In this document: piece by piece, positions 10,353-19,951 of the stretch
How the letters are laid out: every line of letters begins with the position of its first letter
How positions within the stretch are numbered: the stretch's first letter is position 1
Source: Pseudomonadota bacterium
Lineage (GTDB): Bacteria; Pseudomonadota; Gammaproteobacteria; Ga0077536
Reading direction: 5' to 3'
Assembly (NCBI GenBank): GCA_043782755.1
Contig: JAYWAC010000010.1
Span: 1 to 51,671, forward strand
DNA length: 51,671 nucleotides
Made by a program: the position numbers and the translations under genes
The notes under the pieces: generated by a model
Databases searched by the model: none
What the model was told of the DNA's origin: nothing
What the model saw: the letters and a program-made list of their open reading frames with translations, nothing else

Positions 10353-10808
10353 ATGCTCAGTCGAGCTAAGGCCCGCGCTTTAGCGACCTGCATGACGCTC
10401 TGTCTGTGCGTGACAGCGGCACCGGCCGCCGAGGTCTTTAAATGGAAGGACGCCGACGGTCATATCCACTTCGGGGATCGTCCATCCGACACCCCGGCCG
10501 AGAGCGTGACCATACGGAGCGCAGCACCTGCAGCCGCTAATGGCAACAACCAGGAACGATTGCGTCAGGTACTCGACGGCTATACCAAGGAGCGCGAGGC
10601 GCGTGAGGCGTCGCGTGCAACCAAGAAACAAGATGCTGAAAAACGCGAGCAACTCTGCGTGGGCGCCAAGGCCCGTCAGCATTCGGTCGAGAATGCCAAC
10701 TTTCTGTACGACTACACAACCAAGGGCGAACGACGCGTGCTTGAGGGGGCCGAGTACAAACATGTAATAGAGAAAGCGCATCAGGCCGTCGCCGACTCTT
10801 GCGACTGA
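10353..10808 (+). CDS. DUF4124 domain exported protein
   Basis: Signal-peptide-like N-terminus, then AEVFKWKDADGHIHFGDRP (DUF4124 motif), a coiled coil and a Cys pair. Start uncertain (10353 or 10392). Confidence 0.75.
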   Translation: MLSRAKARALATCMTLCLCVTAAPAAEVFKWKDADGHIHFGDRPSDTPAESVTIRSAAPAAANGNNQERLRQVLDGYTKEREAREASRATKKQDAEKREQLCVGAKARQHSVENANFLYDYTTKGERRVLEGAEYKHVIEKAHQAVADSCD

Positions 10809-10897
10809 TCTAAAGACGCCGTTCTATCTGCCTATTTTCTCAATACAAAGGAAGGTAACATGACGAATCTACTAGACTCGCTAGAACTCGTGACCGG

Positions 10898-13444
10898 ATG
10901 AATAAAGCGTTCTGGAAATCCGACTGGTTTGTCGGCGCCGCCCTGTCCTTCGTGTTCTTCATCGCTTGGTGGGGACGCGCGCCGCTGTTGGAAAGCATCG
11001 AGCGGGACGCCTACGACCTCGGCGTGCGCACCGCGTCGCGTGATCCAGGCGACAAGGTCGTGGTGGTCGCCATCGACGATAAGAGTATCCAGAACATCGG
11101 TCGCTGGCCTTGGTCGCGCAAGGTCCACGCCGCGATGATCGACAAGCTCGCACAAGCCGGCGCCAAGACCATCGGCTCCACCATCTTCTATTCCGAACCG
11201 GAAGTACCGCCGGGCCTCGACTGGATACGCGAATTCCGCTCTGAGACTGGAAAGCTCGCCCAGGCGGGTGTGGCGGTTGATGCCCTCAACAAGAAATTCA
11301 GTGAAGCCGAACTCGCGCTTGACACCGACAGCGTGCTCGGCAATTCCTTCAAGCACGCCGGTAACGTGGTGCTCGGCATGCAGTTCACACCGGGTGAACC
11401 AGTCGGCAAGCCCGACAAACCCCTGCCCGACTACATCCTGCGGAACGCCATCAAGGAAGACAAGGTCGTCGATCCGAGCGGCGAATTTCCGATGCCTGTG
11501 CAGACCGTGCTCGCCGACTCTCCGATTCCAGTGGTCGGTGAAGCCGCACGCGGCATCGGTCACCTGCTCAATCCGCCCGATGTCGATGGCGGTATCCGCT
11601 TCGAACCGCTGGTGGTCGAGTATTACGGCGCTTTCTATCCCGCCCAATCGCTGATGGTCGCGGCGGCTTATCACAACCTCAAGGCCGAGGACATCAAAGT
11701 CAATCTCGGCGACAGCGTTCAGCTCGGCAACCTCAAGATCAAGACCGATCTGAACCTCAACATGAACACGTTCTTCTACAGCAAACGTCAGGGACACCCT
11801 GCGCCGTTCGACATCTATTCGTTCTACGACGTCCAACAGGGCGCCGTGCCGATGGAAAACTTCAAGGATAAAATTGTCCTGATCGGCGCTACCGCTTTCG
11901 GTGTCGGCTCCTCGTTCCATATTCCGCTGGGGGGCGATCCTGCCAGCCCGGTGCTGATCATGGCCCACACGGTGGCCAGCATTCTTAACGAGGCGTTCTT
12001 CATCGCGCCGTCATGGGCGGGCATCACCGAGCTGGTCGTGCTGCTCGTGATTGCAGCCTATTTGATCAGCCTGTTACCCAAGCTCAGTGCCGGGCCAGCA
12101 GCGCTGTTAAGCCTGGGCTTGTTCGTGCTGGTCATTGCCACCGAAATCGGTCTGATGGCGTCGCAGGCCATCTGGTTGAAATTGACCGGCGCGGCGACCT
12201 TGCTCGTCATCGGCCATGTGTTGCTTACCACCAAGCGCTTCCTGGTCACCGAAGCCACCAAGCGCCGCCTCGACTATGATTCGGCCCAGAGCAACAAGCA
12301 GCTCGCGCTCAAATTCCAGAAGGAAGGCGAGCTCGACATGGCGCTGGAGTATTTCCGCCGCTGTCCGGTGGATGAGAGTCTGCTGGAAGCGGTCTACATC
12401 CTGGCCGGCGACTTCGAGCGCAAGCGGCAGTTCAACAAGGCCGGCGCGGCTTACGAATACATCGCCGCCAAGGACCCGAACTTCCGCGACATCAAGAATA
12501 AGGTCAACCGCGCCAAGCAGCTCAACGACACGGTCATCCTCGGCGGCTCGGCGGCGGCCGCTACGGCGGCCAGCACCATGCTGCTCGACGGCAGCATCTC
12601 CAAGCCCATGCTCGGCCGCTACGAAGTCGACAAGGAACTCGGCAAGGGTGCGATGGGCGTGGTCTATCTCGGCAAGGATCCGAAGATCAACCGCGTGGTG
12701 GCGATCAAGACCATGGCCTTATCTCAGGAATTCGACCCGGCCGAACTGAACGAGGTCAAGGAACGCTTCTTCCGCGAAGCGGAAACCGCCGGTCGCCTCG
12801 ATCAGCCGAATATCGTGCGCATCTACGACGTCGGCGAAGAACACGATCTTGCCTACATCGCCATGGAGTTCCTGGCCGGTCACGATCTGGCCCGCTACAC
12901 CAAGCCCGACACTCTGCTGCCGCTGCCGACCGTGATGGGCATCATCTTCAAGGCCGCCATGGCGCTCGACTACGCGCACAAACACAACGTCGTGCATCGC
13001 GATATCAAGCCGGCCAATATCATGTACGAGCCGGAATCCAAGCAGGTCAAACTGACCGACTTCGGTATCGCGCGCATCACCGACTCAAGCAGGACCAAGA
13101 CCGGCATGGTGCTCGGCACGCCATCCTATATGTCGCCCGAGCAGCTGTCGGGCAAGAAGGTCGACGGCCGTTCCGATCTGTTCTCCCTGGGTGTGATGTT
13201 CTACCAGATGATCACCGGCAAGCTGCCCTTCCAGGGGGACTCGATGGCGACCCTCATGTACAAGATTGCCAACGAGGCGCATACCGAGGTCACCACCCTG
13301 CGTCCGGATCTGGCCAAGCAGCGCCCCTGTGTGTCCGAGATCATCAATCGGGCGCTGGTAAAGGATCCCTCCAAGCGTTATCAGACCGGCGCCGAAATGG
13401 CGCGCGACATTCAGCGCTGTGCCAAGCAGACCCAGTCGGCCTGA
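10898..13444 (+). CDS. Membrane Hanks-type Ser/Thr kinase with periplasmic CHASE2 sensor
   Basis: N-terminal TM, CHASE2 motifs (VVAIDDKS..IGRWPWSR, DVDGGIR, DKIVLIGATA), three TMs, then LGKGAMGVVY, VAIK, HRDIKPAN, DFGIAR, GTPSYMSPEQ. Confidence 0.92.
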   Translation: MNKAFWKSDWFVGAALSFVFFIAWWGRAPLLESIERDAYDLGVRTASRDPGDKVVVVAIDDKSIQNIGRWPWSRKVHAAMIDKLAQAGAKTIGSTIFYSEPEVPPGLDWIREFRSETGKLAQAGVAVDALNKKFSEAELALDTDSVLGNSFKHAGNVVLGMQFTPGEPVGKPDKPLPDYILRNAIKEDKVVDPSGEFPMPVQTVLADSPIPVVGEAARGIGHLLNPPDVDGGIRFEPLVVEYYGAFYPAQSLMVAAAYHNLKAEDIKVNLGDSVQLGNLKIKTDLNLNMNTFFYSKRQGHPAPFDIYSFYDVQQGAVPMENFKDKIVLIGATAFGVGSSFHIPLGGDPASPVLIMAHTVASILNEAFFIAPSWAGITELVVLLVIAAYLISLLPKLSAGPAALLSLGLFVLVIATEIGLMASQAIWLKLTGAATLLVIGHVLLTTKRFLVTEATKRRLDYDSAQSNKQLALKFQKEGELDMALEYFRRCPVDESLLEAVYILAGDFERKRQFNKAGAAYEYIAAKDPNFRDIKNKVNRAKQLNDTVILGGSAAAATAASTMLLDGSISKPMLGRYEVDKELGKGAMGVVYLGKDPKINRVVAIKTMALSQEFDPAELNEVKERFFREAETAGRLDQPNIVRIYDVGEEHDLAYIAMEFLAGHDLARYTKPDTLLPLPTVMGIIFKAAMALDYAHKHNVVHRDIKPANIMYEPESKQVKLTDFGIARITDSSRTKTGMVLGTPSYMSPEQLSGKKVDGRSDLFSLGVMFYQMITGKLPFQGDSMATLMYKIANEAHTEVTTLRPDLAKQRPCVSEIINRALVKDPSKRYQTGAEMARDIQRCAKQTQSA

Positions 13445-13470
13445 CGCCTAAGGACTGAGGATTAGACACC

Positions 13471-14301
13471 GTGGCCAAGGGCATCATCGAAGTCGCGAAC
13501 ATTTCGGACACCGGTCTGAAGCGCCCGCACAACGAAGACAGCGCAGTCACGGATTCGGCTCTGGGTCTGGCCGTGGTGGCCGACGGCATGGGTGGCTACA
13601 AGGCCGGTGAAGTGGCCAGCGCCATTGCCGCCCAGCTGATCCTGAACGAGGTAAGGGCCGGCATCACCCATGGCGACACTAGCGGCAAGGCCAACGGCTC
13701 GACCTTAAGTCGTGCCTCCATGGTAATTCGCGACGCGGTCGCCAAGGCCAATGCCGAGGTGTTCCGCACCGCCCAGGAAATTCCGCAATGCCAAGGCATG
13801 GGAACCACGGTGGTGGTGGTGTTCTATCACGGCGACAAGGTCAGCATCGCGCATGTCGGCGATTCGCGGGTTTACCGCCTGCGCGGCAATGAATTCAAAC
13901 AGATTACCCGCGATCACTCCCTCATTCAGGAGTTGATCGACCGTGGCTTCTTCACCCCGGAAGAGGCGGCCGAGAACACGCCCAAGAATCTCGTCACGCG
14001 GGCACTGGGTATCGAGCAGTCCGTGGAGGTGGATGTCCAGGAACAGGACCTGCAGGCGGGCGAGATCTACCTGCTCTGTTCGGACGGCCTCAATGATATG
14101 GTAGATGATGAAGAAATTCACTTAACCCTAAGTAAATATAGTGCTAATCTTGTCCAAGCGGCCACTGAACTGGTCCGACTGGCGAACGAAAAAGGCGGCA
14201 AGGACAACGTTTCCGTTGTGCTGGTACGACCGCAGAACCCGTCGAATGGCACGGCGGGGATCATGGCTAAATTCAATAGCTTTCTGAAAAAGGGCAGCTG
14301 A
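13471..14301 (+). CDS. PP2C/Stp1-family Ser/Thr phosphatase
   Basis: R.HNEDS, VADGMGG, GMGTT, HVGDSRVY, LLCSDGL, GGKDNVS. Confidence 0.93.
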   Translation: MAKGIIEVANISDTGLKRPHNEDSAVTDSALGLAVVADGMGGYKAGEVASAIAAQLILNEVRAGITHGDTSGKANGSTLSRASMVIRDAVAKANAEVFRTAQEIPQCQGMGTTVVVVFYHGDKVSIAHVGDSRVYRLRGNEFKQITRDHSLIQELIDRGFFTPEEAAENTPKNLVTRALGIEQSVEVDVQEQDLQAGEIYLLCSDGLNDMVDDEEIHLTLSKYSANLVQAATELVRLANEKGGKDNVSVVLVRPQNPSNGTAGIMAKFNSFLKKGS

Positions 14302-14314
14302 ATAGGACAGAACA

Positions 14315-15064
14315 ATGGCGAAGTTGGTTCTGAGCATGAACGGGGCGGTGCAAGGGGAATTCCAGCTGGGGAAGGAACGGATATCCATCGGCCGCAAACC
14401 CGACAACGATATCCAGATCGATAACCTGGCCGTCAGCGGCAAGCACGCACTCATCATTACGATTCTTGACGACTCCTTTCTCGAAGATCTCGGCAGCACG
14501 AACGGGACCTACGTGAATGGCAAGCTGGTCAAGAAGCACGCGTTGCGCAATGGCGACGTGATTGGTCTCGGCAAGCATGAGCTCAAGTACATCAATGAGC
14601 ACGCCACCGCCGACGACGAAGAATTCGAAAAGACCATGATCATCCGGCCGGGCTCGGCCAGTGCTGCGGTCGAGGCCGCCAAGGCGGTCGAGAAGGCCGC
14701 CGCCAAGGCACCGCCGCCCACCCTGGATCACACCGCCGGCGGTTCGCCGCGGATGGCGCCGATCAGCCCGGCACCGGGTGGCGGCATGCCGCTTGCCAAG
14801 CTGCACGTGCTGAACGGCCCGATAGCGGGCAAGGAACTGGAACTGACCAAGGCGCTCATCACGCTCGGCAAGCCAGGCACCCAGGTGGCGGTGATTTCCC
14901 GTCGTCCCCAGGGCTACTTCCTGACTCATATCGAAGGCGACGGCAAGAACGACAACTTCCCGGTGGTGAACAACATCCCGATAGGTCCTCAGGCCTATGC
15001 CATCAAGAACGGCGACATCATCGAACTCGCCGGCATCAAGATGGAATTCAGCCTGGTCAAGTAA
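14315..15064 (+). CDS. FHA domain protein with a second, degenerate C-terminal FHA-like domain
   Basis: N-terminal IGR...VSGKHA...DLGSTNGTYVNG; Ala/Pro linker; C-terminal ITLGK...NGDIIEL. Confidence 0.88.
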   Translation: MAKLVLSMNGAVQGEFQLGKERISIGRKPDNDIQIDNLAVSGKHALIITILDDSFLEDLGSTNGTYVNGKLVKKHALRNGDVIGLGKHELKYINEHATADDEEFEKTMIIRPGSASAAVEAAKAVEKAAAKAPPPTLDHTAGGSPRMAPISPAPGGGMPLAKLHVLNGPIAGKELELTKALITLGKPGTQVAVISRRPQGYFLTHIEGDGKNDNFPVVNNIPIGPQAYAIKNGDIIELAGIKMEFSLVK

Positions 15065-15191
15065 ATCGCCTCGGCCCTCGCCGCATCATGGCGGCGGGGG
15101 CATTCAAGCTTACCCACTCGCCCCTGCTTGCTAACCTTCACCGCCGCCACATCGACGTGGCGACCAGCACTTGAAGCAGATTCAAACCACG

Positions 15192-17468
15192 CTATTTGCT
15201 CTCGTGTTCGAACACGCCATCCCAATCGGCGGACGGCGGCACCTTGCGGAAATGCGCAACGCGTTCGGCATAGACCTTGTACAAGGCCGGCGACTTCGAG
15301 CCCCGTTGCAGGTTAACGAAGTTGAGCTCGGCGGTATCCCACTGCTGGGCGCGATAGAGACGCACGGTATCGGCGAATAGTTTCAGTTCTTTCTTCCACA
15401 GCGGGTCCAGTTGCTCGGCCAGTCCCAGCGGCTCATAGATCGCCACCGGTTTGGCCTTACCCTTGACCCGCACCCGGTCGAGTTCGCGATAGGCGTATTC
15501 GGGCACCGCGTCCTTGGTGGTTTCACTGACGATCAGGCGCACGCCATACTTCTTGGTCAGCCCTTCCAGCCGTGAGCCAAGGTTCACGGCGTCGCCGATC
15601 ACGGTATAGGCCATGCGGAACGATGAGCCCATGTTGCCAACGTTCATGAGTCCCGTATTCAAGCCCACGCCGATGCTGATCTCGGGCCAACCCTTGGCGC
15701 GGAACTGCGCGTTGATCTCGTCAAGCTTGGCGATCATCTCGTGTGCCGCTTCAAGCGCATGGCGGGCGTGCTCGCTGTCTTTTAGCGGCGCGCCCCAGAA
15801 CGCCATGATGGCGTCGCCCATGTACTTGTCGATAGTGCCCCGCGAATGGTGGATGACCTCGGTCATGGGAGTCAGAAACTGGTTCATGAGGTCGGCCAGA
15901 TCCGACGGCGAAAGCCCTTCGGAAATCGTGGTGAAGCCACGCACGTCGGAAAACAGCACGGTCAAGTCGCGGCTTTCGGCCGCCAGCGAGTATTCGGTCG
16001 GTGCCTTAGCCATTTCATCGACCAGCTCGGGCGGCACATATTGGCCGAACAGGCCGGTAATCTGACGCTTGCCGCGAGTCTCGACGAAATAGCCGTAGGA
16101 CATGTGCAGCAAGAACATCGTCAGGGCCATCATGATGCCCGAAGCGAGCGGCAGCACAGTCTGTCCCATCGACCAGACCATATGGTTGAAACCGATGTAA
16201 AGCAGGATGCCGCCAAAGGTGTAGAGCGTGATATTCAACGGACTGAGCAGTAGCCCCGCCACGATCATGCCGATGCCGACCACCAGCAGCATGATCACTT
16301 CGGCGCCCACCGTGTAAGCGGGAAATTCCAGCATCTTGTTGTTGAGAATGCCCGCGATCAGATTGGCATGGACCTCGACACCGGGATAAGCCTTTTCCAT
16401 GGGTGTCGCACGGAGGTCGAGCAAGCCCGGGGCGCTGGTCCCAAGCAGCACGATACGGTCTTTGAACAGGTTCGGGTCGGCGGCACCTTGCAGAACAGAG
16501 GTAGCCGACACATAGTGAAAACTGCCCTTCCCGCCGCGGTAGGGCACCAGCGTTGTCACATTTTTGTCGACTGGCACGCGTGCATTGCCGACGTTCAGCC
16601 ATTCGAGTCCAGGATAGCCACGGGTGTCGAACAGCGGCTTCTCGAAATGGGTAAGCACGGCATCGACGCCCAACACCCGCCGCACCATTTCCAGTGACAA
16701 GGAGCCGTAATACTTGTCGGCATAGCGCACCAGCATCGGCACGCGACGCACCACCCCGTCGCGATCGAGTGTCGGCGTAAAATGGCCGGCGCTCAAGGCG
16801 CTGGCCTGCAAGGCCTTGAGGTTGGCACCGAAGCCCGTCGCCGTCAGGAACTGCACGGCCTTGCCTTGGAAATCGGATTTTTCGAACAGCGGTTCGGGCA
16901 ATTCGCCAATCTTGGCGATGTCGGCGCCGTCACCAAAATTGAAGTAGTAGCCGAGCACGACGTTGTACTTCTGAATGGTCTCGGCCAGGATGCCGTCGTA
17001 GTCGAGCTGCGGCCGAATCATGTCCAGCCGACTGACGAATTCCTGATTGCCCCGCAGATCGTTCTTGGCGAGTTTCTCCAGGATCTTCAGACCCGAGCTC
17101 TCATCGGGCTCGGCAAACACAATGTCGAACCCAACCAGCTTGACCTTGTACTGTTGAAAGAGCCGATCGAGCAGATGCGCGAGCTTGTCGCGCGACCAGG
17201 GCCAGCGACCTTCGGCGGTGAGGCTGGCTTCATCAATATCGACGATCACGACGCTCTCATCGATGGTGCGCGGCATGGTGAATTCGAGATGACGGTCGTA
17301 GGCTAGATTCTCCATCTGCTCGATGAATTCAAAGCGCCAGACTTCGCTCGCGTGGACCAGGAACAAGACCAGCACGGCGGCGCTCATCGCCACACGAGGC
17401 CAGTTGTCTTTGAATCTGCTGAGTATCGCCCCCAAACTCTGCACTCCCCAGGTAAGGGGTCGTCTCAA
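15192..17468 (-). CDS. CHASE2-domain class III adenylate/guanylate cyclase
   Basis: CHASE2 (IVDIDEASL..EGRWPWSR, DRDGVVRR, PGVEVHAN), TMs, and cyclase motifs LFSDVRGFTT, DKYMGDAIMAFW, YTVIGDAVNLGSRLEG. Start uncertain. Confidence 0.92.
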   Translation of the reverse strand: MRRPLTWGVQSLGAILSRFKDNWPRVAMSAAVLVLFLVHASEVWRFEFIEQMENLAYDRHLEFTMPRTIDESVVIVDIDEASLTAEGRWPWSRDKLAHLLDRLFQQYKVKLVGFDIVFAEPDESSGLKILEKLAKNDLRGNQEFVSRLDMIRPQLDYDGILAETIQKYNVVLGYYFNFGDGADIAKIGELPEPLFEKSDFQGKAVQFLTATGFGANLKALQASALSAGHFTPTLDRDGVVRRVPMLVRYADKYYGSLSLEMVRRVLGVDAVLTHFEKPLFDTRGYPGLEWLNVGNARVPVDKNVTTLVPYRGGKGSFHYVSATSVLQGAADPNLFKDRIVLLGTSAPGLLDLRATPMEKAYPGVEVHANLIAGILNNKMLEFPAYTVGAEVIMLLVVGIGMIVAGLLLSPLNITLYTFGGILLYIGFNHMVWSMGQTVLPLASGIMMALTMFLLHMSYGYFVETRGKRQITGLFGQYVPPELVDEMAKAPTEYSLAAESRDLTVLFSDVRGFTTISEGLSPSDLADLMNQFLTPMTEVIHHSRGTIDKYMGDAIMAFWGAPLKDSEHARHALEAAHEMIAKLDEINAQFRAKGWPEISIGVGLNTGLMNVGNMGSSFRMAYTVIGDAVNLGSRLEGLTKKYGVRLIVSETTKDAVPEYAYRELDRVRVKGKAKPVAIYEPLGLAEQLDPLWKKELKLFADTVRLYRAQQWDTAELNFVNLQRGSKSPALYKVYAERVAHFRKVPPSADWDGVFEHESK

Positions 17469-17548
17469 TGCGACCCGCAGCTATGAACGTGCCCCATGGC
17501 GGGGGCACAGGCTAGAACTCACCGAGAAGTCGCGCGACGCGCCCCTTC

Positions 17549-18130
17549 CTACCGTCCCCAATAAGCCTCGAGATCCGTGACGAAATTCGCCAGCTCGTCC
17601 TGCGCGGCCTGTCCCAGCGCATGCGCACAACTACTTATCGCCTCATCGGGCAAGGGCACGCTGCGCTGGTAAGCACGCACGAATTCAGGCAACTCGCTAG
17701 CGGCCGACAGCAACTCGAACTCGAGACTCACCTCGGCCGTCGCGGCCCCTTGCCGCTCGAACTTGCGAATGTGACCGCGCACCGTGTACTGCGCATCGGC
17801 GCTAGGCGCGGTCACGATGCGATGCGTGCCGCGCAAGCGCTCGGCCAGCGCCTCCTGCAACAGCAGGCGCGGGCTGTCGACCCAATAGTGGTAAGTGTAC
17901 TGTTCGAGCGCCGTACCATCATCATGTGCGTAGACCAGGGCACGCTCGCCATGCAGACCATCGGCGACGAACGGCGGCACGTAGACAATCGCCCCCTCGC
18001 CAATGCTCGGCGCGCCGTTGCCAGCGGTCTGTGGCAAACGATAGAAGGTGTCTTTTTTCGGCGCTGCGCCGCAGCCAGCGAGTGCCAGTAACAAGCCGAC
18101 GAGCAACCCACGGCGCAGACACGCTTTCAT
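17549..18130 (-). CDS. PqiC-like ABC transport auxiliary lipoprotein
   Basis: Lipobox LAGC, FYRL, Y.YHYWVDSP.LLLQEAL; last gene of an MCE operon, 4-bp overlap with the MCE gene. Confidence 0.8.
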   Translation of the reverse strand: MKACLRRGLLVGLLLALAGCGAAPKKDTFYRLPQTAGNGAPSIGEGAIVYVPPFVADGLHGERALVYAHDDGTALEQYTYHYWVDSPRLLLQEALAERLRGTHRIVTAPSADAQYTVRGHIRKFERQGAATAEVSLEFELLSAASELPEFVRAYQRSVPLPDEAISSCAHALGQAAQDELANFVTDLEAYWGR

Positions 18131-19137
18131 TTCTGCCCAGGCTCTGGACTTTCCGCGTTACGCAATAGCCGCGCCGGATTGCCACGGATGGTGCGCGCGA
18201 ATTCATTCATGTTGCGCGTTCCGCCTTCGAGATTGGCGAGGATCTGACCGAGATGCTCGTTGACCGTCTTCAAGGCGAGCTGCAATTCGCGCATCGAGAC
18301 CTGCGCCGCGCCAACTCCGGCGCTGACCTCGTCGCGGTTATCGATGACCAGGCTGTCGAGCGCGACCAGCAACTTGTCGGCCTCGGCGCGACTGGTCTCG
18401 ACGCGGCTGATCAACGCATTCAAGTTGACCGCGACGCCATCGACGTGGGTCAGAATATCCTTCACGTGCTCCTGATTGGCGGTGCTAAACATGGCCTGCA
18501 GGCCACGCGCACTTTCGTCCAGTTGCTTGATGATGGAGATGGTGCCGCCCAGCACTTCCTTGTCCAGCCGCTCGTGCAGCATGGTCACCAGTGGCGAGAG
18601 ATCGTCGTGGCGGAATTTCAGAATCTCATCGGTCACGGCGGTGATGCGCGTGTCGAGATTCTTCAGCACTGGCATGAGGCCGTCCTGGGACAAGGTACGG
18701 AAATCGCCGGCCGCCTGATTCAAGACCGAGAACAAATCGGTCTGGGCCTGACCGGCGAGAATATCGCCGGGCTGCAAGGAGGTCGCGGACTTGCCTTGGT
18801 GTATGTCGATGGTCACCGCCGAGATCAGGCCCGAGGCCGCCACTGCCGCAACACTGTCACTCGGAATCTTCCAGCCGGCTTGCACGCCGAGTTCGAGCTT
18901 GTAACGCATGCCACCGGCGTCCGGTTGGGGCGTGATAGCCTCGACCTGGCCGATGCGATAGCCCTCGAAGAATACACCGGTGCCGAAGTTGAGACCGGCA
19001 ACGTTGTTGTAGACCACGTAGTAGGTATCAGTCGGGCCATGTCGCCCGGTCACCGCGAACAGCAGCACCACCAAGGCCACCGCCATGGCAAGCACGAAGC
19101 TACCGACCATGAGGTAATTGATGTTGTCTCGCTTCAT
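18127..19137 (-). CDS. MCE/MlaD family protein with long helical C-terminus
   Basis: N-terminal TM (VGSFVL), NVAGL..GTGV.FEGYRIGQV and GLISAVTIDI MCE motifs; ends NPARLLR. Confidence 0.88.
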   Translation of the reverse strand: MKRDNINYLMVGSFVLAMAVALVVLLFAVTGRHGPTDTYYVVYNNVAGLNFGTGVFFEGYRIGQVEAITPQPDAGGMRYKLELGVQAGWKIPSDSVAAVAASGLISAVTIDIHQGKSATSLQPGDILAGQAQTDLFSVLNQAAGDFRTLSQDGLMPVLKNLDTRITAVTDEILKFRHDDLSPLVTMLHERLDKEVLGGTISIIKQLDESARGLQAMFSTANQEHVKDILTHVDGVAVNLNALISRVETSRAEADKLLVALDSLVIDNRDEVSAGVGAAQVSMRELQLALKTVNEHLGQILANLEGGTRNMNEFARTIRGNPARLLRNAESPEPGQK

Positions 19138-19165
19138 GCTGACCGGGTCCGACTCTTGGGCCGCG

Positions 19166-19951
19166 CTAACCGCCCGTCAAACGGCGCAGATAGGCATCGG
19201 CATCGATTTCTTCTTGTCTGGGTCGACGGTTCAAGAGATCCTGGACCCGCTCATTGGAGGAATTTCTGACCTCAAGAGCGGTGCCCGCCAATAGAATCTT
19301 GCCACGATCGAGCACCGTGATGCGATCGGCGATTTTGAAGGCGCTGTCGAGTTCATGGGTGACGACTACGATCGACATCTGCATGCTGTCGCGTAGCTTC
19401 AGGATCAGCTCATCCAGTTCCGCCGACACCACGGGATCGAGCCCGGCCGAAGGCTCGTCGAAGAACAGCAGCTTGGGGTCCATGACGATGGCGCGTGCCA
19501 GCGCGGCGCGCTTGATCATGCCGCCCGACAGCTGCGCCGGCATGAGATCGCCGAGGCCGCCCAGCCGCACTACCTCGAGCTTCATGCGCGCCATGATGGC
19601 CATGGTCTGCTCATCGAGCCGGGTGTGCTCGCGCAGCGGCAACATGACGTTCTCCAGCACCGACATCGAACCGAAAAGCGCGCCACTCTGGAAGGACACA
19701 CCCATGTTCTTGCGCAAGGCGTGCATCTGCATCGGTGTAGTCGTGGTGATGTCCTGACCAAGCAGTTTGATTGAACCACTGGTCGGCGCGTTCAGGCCAA
19801 GCAGATGACGCAGCAGCGTGCTCTTGCCCGAGCCGCTGCCGCCCATGATGACCATGATCTCACCCGCTGCGACCGTCAGGGAGACATGGTCGAGAATGAG
19901 TCGCGGCCCGTAGTGGGTGACCAGTGCGCGGACTTCAATCGCGGCGCTCAT
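19166..19951 (-). CDS. MlaF-like ABC transporter ATPase
   Basis: GGSGSGKST, FQSGALFGSMSV.ENV, LSGGMIKRAALARA, FFDEPSAGLDP, VVVTHE. Confidence 0.92.
   Translation of the reverse strand: MSAAIEVRALVTHYGPRLILDHVSLTVAAGEIMVIMGGSGSGKSTLLRHLLGLNAPTSGSIKLLGQDITTTTPMQMHALRKNMGVSFQSGALFGSMSVLENVMLPLREHTRLDEQTMAIMARMKLEVVRLGGLGDLMPAQLSGGMIKRAALARAIVMDPKLLFFDEPSAGLDPVVSAELDELILKLRDSMQMSIVVVTHELDSAFKIADRITVLDRGKILLAGTALEVRNSSNERVQDLLNRRPRQEEIDADAYLRRLTGG

Noticed and set aside
10832-11968. 378-aa minus-strand ORF
   Set aside because: Antisense shadow of the CHASE2 kinase gene.
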